IMG/VR virus record: IMGVR_UViG_3300031949_000022
Coordinates: 8,397-72,396 of that record
DNA from: a virus
Length of the DNA stretch: 64,000 nucleotides
Direction: 5' to 3' (one strand)
The notes under the pieces are model-generated. The model worked only from the letters and a program-made list of their open reading frames with translations, had not been told where the DNA came from and ran no database searches. The position numbers and the translations under genes are program-made. This document shows, piece by piece, positions 49,168-56,052 of the stretch. Position 1 is the first letter of the stretch, and the number at the start of each line of letters is the position of its first letter.

Positions 49168-49967
49168 GCTGCGTCCTTCGGTGGGGGTTCGCTCGGGCTA
49201 CCATCGTCTGCGTCCCCCAGGGTCTGATCGCGCTCCGCTCTCATGTGCTCCCAATCGTCATCATCGAGGCCTATCCATGGGATGGCAGGTGGTCGCACCG
49301 TGTCCGGGACCGGCTCTCCTGGGGCCACAATGAGCGGAAGCTGAGAGCCAGAGCAGAAATCGTGGTCGATGGCTCTCGGGTGCGCATGCTCTCCGCGGTG
49401 CAGCGCCCCGCGTTCCCACGGTCCTACCCGGTACTGGACCAGCGTCGGAGGGATCCCTCCGGGGCTCGCATAGACTCCGGGAGTGGAGCGCCAGTGCGCT
49501 ACCCAGAGCGGGAGCTCGAGCATCCACTCGGGCTTGCCCAGCAGCGCCCAGTCCCGCTGCGTAATGTAGATCCCGGCCTGTCCGAACATCTCCTGCAGTG
49601 ACAGCACGACGTCGTGTAGCTGCTCACACCACTCGGGGCGCGGAGGTATCGAGCCGTCGCCCTTCGGAGACTCGACGTCTACCCATGGGATCAGATCACC
49701 CTCAACGATACCGCAGGCGTCGGCCGCGTCCTCGAATGCACCCATCTGCTCAGACGTGCTCTGCCCCGGGACGTAGAAGTGAAAGAGCCCGACAACGCAC
49801 GCAGTGCGCTTGCGCAATGCCTCAACGTGCTCCACCGTGCGCTTGTCGCGCTTGACGCCGAACGTGGCTCGCACGATCGCGAAGTCGATCATCTGAGGGA
49901 CGAGCCACGTTGGCTGGAACGACGAGATGTCCACGCCGTGCAGTGGGTAGTCGCGGGGAGCAATCAC
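49164..49967 (-). CDS. GH25-family muramidase (endolysin)
   Basis: ORF track (267 aa). ...HGVDISSFQ...FAIVRAT...GLFHFY...WVDVE... GH25 pattern. Confidence 0.8.
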   Translation of the reverse strand: MIAPRDYPLHGVDISSFQPTWLVPQMIDFAIVRATFGVKRDKRTVEHVEALRKRTACVVGLFHFYVPGQSTSEQMGAFEDAADACGIVEGDLIPWVDVESPKGDGSIPPRPEWCEQLHDVVLSLQEMFGQAGIYITQRDWALLGKPEWMLELPLWVAHWRSTPGVYASPGGIPPTLVQYRVGPWERGALHRGEHAHPRAIDHDFCSGSQLPLIVAPGEPVPDTVRPPAIPWIGLDDDDWEHMRAERDQTLGDADDGSPSEPPPKDAA

Positions 49968-50698
49968 GCCGTCACCTTCGACAGGTCTTCGGCTAGCCGC
50001 TCCAGCTCAAAACCTGGGGGACTCTGGCCATTGGCCAACATGTCCTCGGAGAGTAGCGCGTACGCCTCGTCCGGGCACGTGTACCACCAGTCCCACGTCA
50101 CGCGCTGGTGACGACCCCAGGTGATGACCGATAGACCATCCCGGTCAACGTCCGTGACGAACATGGCGTGGCCGCCGGCTTCGGACTCTCCGATCGGTGG
50201 TGCGTCCCAAACAGCTGACGTCCAGATGTCGTCGTACAGAGTGGCCCCGAAGTAGAGACCACCGAACAGCCAACACGCGGCCCGTACCATGCCGACGTGC
50301 CTTGGATTGACGGCGACGTACGCTCTGACGGTGTGCCCCTCGAGCCCCGTCGCCCGGAGGTACCGGCATCCGTCGAGCATGTAGGCCCCGCGATCCGAAC
50401 TTGGGTCCGCGGGGTCGTACCCTGAAATCGCACTGTACATGGAGACGACAGAGGCGTCCGTCACGGTAACTGCCTGTGCTGCACCGAGCGCATTGCCGGT
50501 CCACGACTGGATGGCATGCCCCGCCGCTGCCGCTACGCAGTCGCCGAGGGCATCATTGCGCATCATGCCGAGTTCTCGGGGGCACCACTTCGACCACGCG
50601 AACCCTCCGGGGACGACCGGAAGACGTGCGGTGACGAGGTAGTTCTCGAGCTTCAGCGTTCGAGGGTCCAGTTTCGGGGGTAGCTTGCCAAGTTTCAC
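49964..50698 (-). CDS. Papain-like cysteine peptidase (tentative second lysin)
   Basis: ORF track (244 aa). ...NDALGDCVAAAAGH... (Cys) and ...AGGHAMFV... (His). Confidence 0.55.
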   Translation of the reverse strand: MKLGKLPPKLDPRTLKLENYLVTARLPVVPGGFAWSKWCPRELGMMRNDALGDCVAAAAGHAIQSWTGNALGAAQAVTVTDASVVSMYSAISGYDPADPSSDRGAYMLDGCRYLRATGLEGHTVRAYVAVNPRHVGMVRAACWLFGGLYFGATLYDDIWTSAVWDAPPIGESEAGGHAMFVTDVDRDGLSVITWGRHQRVTWDWWYTCPDEAYALLSEDMLANGQSPPGFELERLAEDLSKVTA

Positions 50699-50701
50699 GG
50701 G

Positions 50702-51091
50702 TCAGAGCCCTCCGCAAATGACCGAGCCGCACGATCTGGCAGACTCCTGGTCTCTCGAGTTGATGACGCACGACAAGTCGAGCGACGCCCGCGGACCGAG
50801 CGCCAAAACGGCGTTGGTCTCCGTGACGCACTGGTCGACCGAAATGCCCTCTGGGCACCCGATGTCGTGCAGGCGCCAGCAGAACGAGACCACCGGGTCA
50901 GCGGGCACACCCCCGGTCCCCGGGACCCCCCCGGTGGGAGGAAGCGCCCCGCCCGTGCCTGATGTCCCGCCGGTGGCGTCAGGCTGCCCTCCAGTCGCGG
51001 GCGGCGGCTCGGGGGGGACAGGGTCGGGGCGCTCGCAGCTCGGGGCTGGAAGGAGCGCCACGAGGGCGAGGATGGCCAGGTAGCGGGTCAT
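50702..51091 (-). CDS. Secreted/lipoprotein-like Pro/Gly/Thr-rich protein
   Basis: ORF track (129 aa). MTRYLAILALVALLPAPSC... signal-like N-terminus; lipobox imperfect. Confidence 0.5.
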   Translation of the reverse strand: MTRYLAILALVALLPAPSCERPDPVPPEPPPATGGQPDATGGTSGTGGALPPTGGVPGTGGVPADPVVSFCWRLHDIGCPEGISVDQCVTETNAVLALGPRASLDLSCVINSRDQESARSCGSVICGGL

Positions 51092-51279
51092 AGCATAGCC
51101 CTCACAGCGGCATCCTTCCCCTCGAGCAACTTCCGCAATGCGGCCGTGCGCTCCTCGGATGCTGGCGCGGTAAATACTACGTGGTCAGCGAGCTCGCAGA
51201 AGTGGCGACTCATCTCACGAAGATCGCCTTCTGGCAGGTGGTCATAGGCAAAAAATCTGATGATCGGTTCATCGTTCAT
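51088..51279 (-). CDS. Small conserved-looking phage protein (63 aa)
   Basis: ATGA-overlap ATG. MNDEPIIRFFAYDHLPEGDLREMS...LRKLLEGKDAAVRA. Confidence 0.5.
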   Translation of the reverse strand: MNDEPIIRFFAYDHLPEGDLREMSRHFCELADHVVFTAPASEERTAALRKLLEGKDAAVRAML

Positions 51280-51950
51280 GGATTGCACTCCCGCACCCAC
51301 GCCGACTCGGCCTCGCTCGACAGGTACTCAGCCGTCACCGCGGTGGCGCCCATGACGCCCGCGCCGATGGCCAGACCGAGCTCGGCGCGCTCGTTGTCGA
51401 CCGGCCAGGTAGCGATGCCGGAAGCGCCCGCTAGGAAAGCGGACCCCTTCGCGACGCCGCCCAGCCACCGGTGCTGATCGTCGAGCGACCGGCACCGCTC
51501 CGTCTGGGGTGGCGCGGAGGCTCGAGCTTGCGGGTTGAGACCGGCAAGACGACTTTCCTCGAACGAACCAGCGCAGCCGCTCACGAGCAGAAGCAGCGTG
51601 GCAGCCACGACAGTGCCAGCAACCTTCGATGCCGGGACCGCTTTCTTGACCAGATGGTAGACGCCCGTCGCTTCCACGCCAGCCCAGAATGCCGCGGCAA
51701 GCTCCGACGCATCGATGCCGTCAGACGCGAACCCCGCCACTACGATCGGGCCTCCGGCGAGGACGAACGGAACGATGGGCTGTGCGAGTCGCGGCCACGT
51801 CGTGATGTCGCACCATGCCGGCAGGAGAGCCCACAGTGTTGGGGCCTCGGACTTCGAGAGCACGCGGGCCGCGAACAAGAGAGCGACGGTTGCCAGCACA
51901 ACGTAGTGCTGGACGCCTGGGGAGTTGAGAAATTCGAGCACTTGGTTCAT
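51276..51950 (-). CDS. Multi-TM membrane protein (holin-like N-half) with internal lipobox-like signal
   Basis: ORF track (224 aa). TM segments in the N-half; mid-protein ...KKAVPASKVAGTVVAATLLLLVSGCAGS.... Confidence 0.5.
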   Translation of the reverse strand: MNQVLEFLNSPGVQHYVVLATVALLFAARVLSKSEAPTLWALLPAWCDITTWPRLAQPIVPFVLAGGPIVVAGFASDGIDASELAAAFWAGVEATGVYHLVKKAVPASKVAGTVVAATLLLLVSGCAGSFEESRLAGLNPQARASAPPQTERCRSLDDQHRWLGGVAKGSAFLAGASGIATWPVDNERAELGLAIGAGVMGATAVTAEYLSSEAESAWVRECNP

Positions 51951-51953
51951 CGG

Positions 51954-52199
51954 TCAATCTTCCTGGCGGTCACCCGCCTCGAGTTGTGAGTGCAGCACGA
52001 CCCCGCCACCGATCGCGACGGTCCCGCCCACGATCATGCAGGCGCCGAGCTCGAATTGGCGGTGCTTGGTCTGGCCGTTGGCGATTCCGCACGCGACCGA
52101 AGCGGTAGCGCCTGCGACGACCATGGCTAGTGCGGCGTCACGCTGCGCGGAGGGGCCGCAAGAAGCGAGGAGAAGAGCGAGTGCAACGAGGCGGGTCAT
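51954..52199 (-). CDS. Small lipoprotein (81 aa)
   Basis: ORF track; MTRLVALALLLASCGPS... lipobox LASC. Confidence 0.5.
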   Translation of the reverse strand: MTRLVALALLLASCGPSAQRDAALAMVVAGATASVACGIANGQTKHRQFELGACMIVGGTVAIGGGVVLHSQLEAGDRQED

Positions 52200-52208
52200 G
52201 TGTCCAGC

Positions 52209-53780
52209 TTATGGCCCGAGGCCATACAATACCACATCCAGCTTAGCGACAACGCGCGCAGTGTGGGCACCAGGGTTCGTCACCGTGAGTAACGCTCCGT
52301 CCTCCGATACAGTCCACACCGCCGTCGGGGCTCCAAAGCCCGTATCCGCGACCTGTGGGTCACCGTCCGCAAACGCTTCCGTGTCGGAATTGACGGGGTT
52401 GACGGAATTGATATGCGGAACGAACGCCGCTCCTTCGCCCTCCGGATTCTCTACCACGCACCTTGCAGCGAGACGTCCAACGGTCTCAAGATGTGGCGCA
52501 CCGCTTACTTGCGACAAGAACACTTCAGCGCTAAGACGCGCTGCCTGGTCAATGGGTATCGGCACGGTCACTACGAACAACCCGCCGCTGCTCGCTGCGG
52601 ACCCTGCCGACACTTGTCCTGGTAGCTCCGTGATGCCGGCCTTGCTGAAGATGTTTGCGGGGAGTAGTGTGGGCGAGTTCTCAATGAGAATCCTGCCGAC
52701 AGTCGAATCAGCGCTGATGTAGTTCGACCTGGCCGGTGGCGTCGGCGGCAGTACAAGGTAGCGGATGTGCACGAAGTCAATGCCGGACATGAGCAACGTC
52801 GGTGCCGCCGACGAGCCAAGGTTGGCAGATCCTCCCGAAAGGGATTCTATGTTGACGGAATTGATGTACTGTAAGTTCATGCCCGCAATCTGCGGCGGCT
52901 GAACCGGAGCGTTACACATGACATTCCGCACTACAAGAGATCGCAACGGATACTCCTCCTGCCCCATCACGCTGACGGGCACGTGTGCACCCTCGTCGAA
53001 CCAACTGTCTACGATCGTCACCATCACATCGCCGCCATTTAGATGATCCCCGACCACCTTGAGCCACCCACTATTCCCCGCGTACTGCACGCCGCTGCTC
53101 ACCCCGTTCAGGAATCCGACATCATACGAGACGCATGAGCCATAATGTACGTGCAGACACCCCTGAATTGTCACCACTGCCCAGCTGTCCGTCTGCGACG
53201 AGCAACAGATCGTAGCACAGTCGTTCACGTGTACGTTCGTACAATAGACGCAATAGAGTACGGAGTGCTGGGACTGCACGTTAAAGATCCGCACGCGCTC
53301 AATCACAGCTAGCTGCGCGATATAGGCAAGCTCAAAGCCGTAGTTACAGCTGTTACCTGCCGAAATTCCCTGTACCGTGAAGTCGGCAAGCCGTACGCAT
53401 TGCAGGTTACCCATCACCGGGGGGTCGAAGCCGTCCAACTGCAGGATAGTCGCGTCGCGTCCAGCTCCGATGAGCTCACACGTAGTTGTGAGGCCGGCAA
53501 AGTTCCAGGTCGTGTTGACGGGCGCCGAGTTCTGCACGTAGAGGCCGGGCGGGATAAAGAGCCGCGTAGCGCTCTTGGTCCCAGGGGACGCCTCTGCAAG
53601 CGCGGACATGAGAGCGTAGGCCTTGTCCCAAGCTGGAGCAATGTCCGTTGATCCCGTAGGATCGGCGCCGCAATCGGCCACGAAGTCGAGATATCCAGTC
53701 GATGCCCACAACACGACAGTTGGCGTTATGGCTGGCACTGATCGGAGGGTGGTGAGCTGTGCGCCAGGTGTCAGTGTCAT
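52209..53780 (-). CDS. Tailspike / fibre with beta-helix (pectate-lyase-like) features
   Basis: ATG 53780 after AAGGAG. ...DFVADCGADPTGSTDIAPAWDKAYA... typical tailspike N-cap. Repetitive Asn/Gly/Val-rich turns. Confidence 0.6.
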   Translation of the reverse strand: MTLTPGAQLTTLRSVPAITPTVVLWASTGYLDFVADCGADPTGSTDIAPAWDKAYALMSALAEASPGTKSATRLFIPPGLYVQNSAPVNTTWNFAGLTTTCELIGAGRDATILQLDGFDPPVMGNLQCVRLADFTVQGISAGNSCNYGFELAYIAQLAVIERVRIFNVQSQHSVLYCVYCTNVHVNDCATICCSSQTDSWAVVTIQGCLHVHYGSCVSYDVGFLNGVSSGVQYAGNSGWLKVVGDHLNGGDVMVTIVDSWFDEGAHVPVSVMGQEEYPLRSLVVRNVMCNAPVQPPQIAGMNLQYINSVNIESLSGGSANLGSSAAPTLLMSGIDFVHIRYLVLPPTPPARSNYISADSTVGRILIENSPTLLPANIFSKAGITELPGQVSAGSAASSGGLFVVTVPIPIDQAARLSAEVFLSQVSGAPHLETVGRLAARCVVENPEGEGAAFVPHINSVNPVNSDTEAFADGDPQVADTGFGAPTAVWTVSEDGALLTVTNPGAHTARVVAKLDVVLYGLGP

Positions 53781-53859
53781 ATCAAACTCCTTATGCTGAT
53801 ATTGTGGTGTACCAATGCCGATTCCGATTCCGATTCGCACCTGTCGTCTTGCTTTCCGA

Positions 53860-55434
53860 CTATGCTGTTAAGCCCCATCGTGCGGCCATGGTCTGGAGGG
53901 CGAGGCGGAGAACTTCATACCTATCAGCAGCCGTAACCCCCGGTACCTGTCCCGCCATAACCACAAGCGCAGACTGTATTTGATTGGGTGTAGTTTGAGA
54001 ATCGTACCCCCACGTGAATGCTGTCATAGCTGCGGACCCTAGATTCGCCAATATTACGGTGGAAACGAGTGACATAACACCGGCGACAGGCAACCACAGT
54101 TCACGAGATCTGTCCGTATTGCAGATTAGAGCGAAGGGGACTGGCGTCGCTATAGATGCTGCCAATGCGCCATAGTTTCCAGTAGAAAACCCCCCCCCAT
54201 CGTGCCGCGTATATGACAATTGGGCGCCGTTGATAACCAGCGGCTGGTCGTATCCTCCCGTTGCGTCATTCCTCCAACGACAGGGGGCTAGATAATCTCC
54301 ACTACCGCCTGTAATACCAAAAAGTGCGAAAGCCGGGTCATCTCCGCTAGCTACTGCTAATACATCGGCGTTTAACGATGTGAGGTAAGACACTCGCCCC
54401 GTTTCACGCAAAGGCACCGGCAAACCATTGAGCGTTTCAAGCGTGTCCTGAAACAGCGGCTGTTGCGTGATGTCGGCTTTCGTCAGATGCGCGTTACGCA
54501 ACGCCCCCCCACCGCCCACGCGACTAAGGTCGGCGATAGCGGAGAGGCGCTCTTGGCGGAACGTGCAGGACGCGACAGTGATACCGTCGGCCACGTTGCC
54601 AACATACACGGCGGGCGTTGCGGTCGCATCGTCACCAAGCGCGGGCTCGAGCAACTCCACTCGACAATCCCGAGCAACAACTCGACGAAAGTACACCACG
54701 GCGCTGCCCACCGCAACCGATGCTGTGACGGTCGCTCCAGATTTGTTGCCAAGCGCGCCAGTCACCAGATTGACGTTTGCCCAGTCGGCGCCAGCCCAAA
54801 CGCGCACCCACGCTTGAGCGCCTGTCATGGTTCCGGCTAGAGAGACGTCGCACCACGTGCCGACGTCATTGGTGGGGTTACTTTGGTAGCAGTAGTGACG
54901 GCTGTTTGAAACCGTCGCTTTGACTGCGTTGCCCGCAACGGTGACGGCCGCATTGCTATCCCACGTATTCAGATCTGCCGGAACGCTCGCGTCGCTCGGC
55001 GTCCACGAGCCCACATACGTTTCCCACCAACCTGAGACGCCGCCAGATATGCTGTTCGGAGTGCAGACCACCGTGCACGCGAGCGTGGCCCGGGCCGTCG
55101 TGCCGCCGACTTCGCGGACGTAGAGGGAGAGCGAGCCGGCGTCGCCGCCTGCGGCCGTGACGTTTCCAGTACCGACTCCACCCGTGACCGTGATGGTTCC
55201 TCGGATGTTCGCGAAGTCTGAGTCGAAGCTGCACTCGTACGTCTGGTCCATCGGGACGTAGAGCGACACCGCCGTAGCGACCCCGACAACGAATTCCGCT
55301 CCAGGAGCTGGAGACGTGATTGTGACGTTGTAGTTGCCGGTGCTCGTGATGACGCCAACGCCAATTCCTACCATGACCCGCATGAACGGAGCCCTCCAAC
55401 TGATGCTGTCGTAACGACGTGGATCGAAAGTCAT
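53860..55434 (-). CDS. Tail fibre protein with lower-GC C-terminal module
   Basis: ORF track (524 aa); fibre-module position. The C-terminal third (about 53900-54450) is visibly AT-richer. Contains a G9 tract. Confidence 0.6.
   Translation of the reverse strand: MTFDPRRYDSISWRAPFMRVMVGIGVGVITSTGNYNVTITSPAPGAEFVVGVATAVSLYVPMDQTYECSFDSDFANIRGTITVTGGVGTGNVTAAGGDAGSLSLYVREVGGTTARATLACTVVCTPNSISGGVSGWWETYVGSWTPSDASVPADLNTWDSNAAVTVAGNAVKATVSNSRHYCYQSNPTNDVGTWCDVSLAGTMTGAQAWVRVWAGADWANVNLVTGALGNKSGATVTASVAVGSAVVYFRRVVARDCRVELLEPALGDDATATPAVYVGNVADGITVASCTFRQERLSAIADLSRVGGGGALRNAHLTKADITQQPLFQDTLETLNGLPVPLRETGRVSYLTSLNADVLAVASGDDPAFALFGITGGSGDYLAPCRWRNDATGGYDQPLVINGAQLSYTRHDGGGFSTGNYGALAASIATPVPFALICNTDRSRELWLPVAGVMSLVSTVILANLGSAAMTAFTWGYDSQTTPNQIQSALVVMAGQVPGVTAADRYEVLRLALQTMAARWGLTA
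54190..54198 (-). repeat. Homopolymeric G9 tract (C9 on plus strand) inside tail fibre gene
   Basis: Counted directly; encodes GGG in ...RHDGGGFSTG.... Confidence 0.85.
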
Positions 55435-55443
55435 ATGTTTTGT

Positions 55444-56052
55444 TCAGCCAGCCGCTAGCGGCTGTGAGAGCACGACTCCCGTGTGCATCCAGATGGTGAG
55501 GCCAGCTGCCCTGCATCGCGCTGAGAAGGCCTGCTCATCCCGCTGTCCCATCACAGTGCTAGTCCAGAGAGCGTGGACCCTGCCGACGTCTGGCACCACG
55601 TAGTGCGCGTTCGGCGACTCCCACATGAGCTGTAGGATTGCCTTCCGCGTGACAAGCAGGAATTCAGCAGGAATGACCGAGCATCGAACGATCTGCCCCT
55701 GACTGTGCGGCTCCGGATCCTCAATGCAAGCAACTACGCGGCCGTCTGATGGGTGATACGTCCCGGACACGACGTCCTTTTCTGCCTCGAGCAGCTGCCT
55801 GACGTGTGTTGCTCTCCACCCGATCTCCGGTGAGACGAGCAGCATGTGGGAGCTGTCAGAGCTCAGAAACTGGGCCGCCAGCACATCCCGACTTTCTTCG
55901 ATGTGCTGACCACGGCGGATGTTGGGCGCTACACCAAACTCCCTGAAGCAGTCGATGCCGCCGAACATGCATTCGAAGTGCACGATACCATTGATCCCTG
56001 TCGGAATCGCAAGATAGGGCTTGAACCCAAATGTCTGCTCGATGCTCATCAT
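55444..56052 (-). CDS. GT-A-like glycosyltransferase, paralog 2 (DxD position reads SPE)
   Basis: ORF track (202 aa). Aligns with 3752..4384 (AIP.., SHML, .IGWRA, VSG.Y, IWMH.GVVL). ATGA overlap with the HxH fibre gene. Confidence 0.5.
   Translation of the reverse strand: MMSIEQTFGFKPYLAIPTGINGIVHFECMFGGIDCFREFGVAPNIRRGQHIEESRDVLAAQFLSSDSSHMLLVSPEIGWRATHVRQLLEAEKDVVSGTYHPSDGRVVACIEDPEPHSQGQIVRCSVIPAEFLLVTRKAILQLMWESPNAHYVVPDVGRVHALWTSTVMGQRDEQAFSARCRAAGLTIWMHTGVVLSQPLAAG

Noticed and set aside
53819-53836. (CGATTC)3 microsatellite in the gap between two fibre genes
   Set aside because: It is very short, no function is evident, and it partly underlies the spurious MRIGIGIGIG N-terminal extension of the track ORF.
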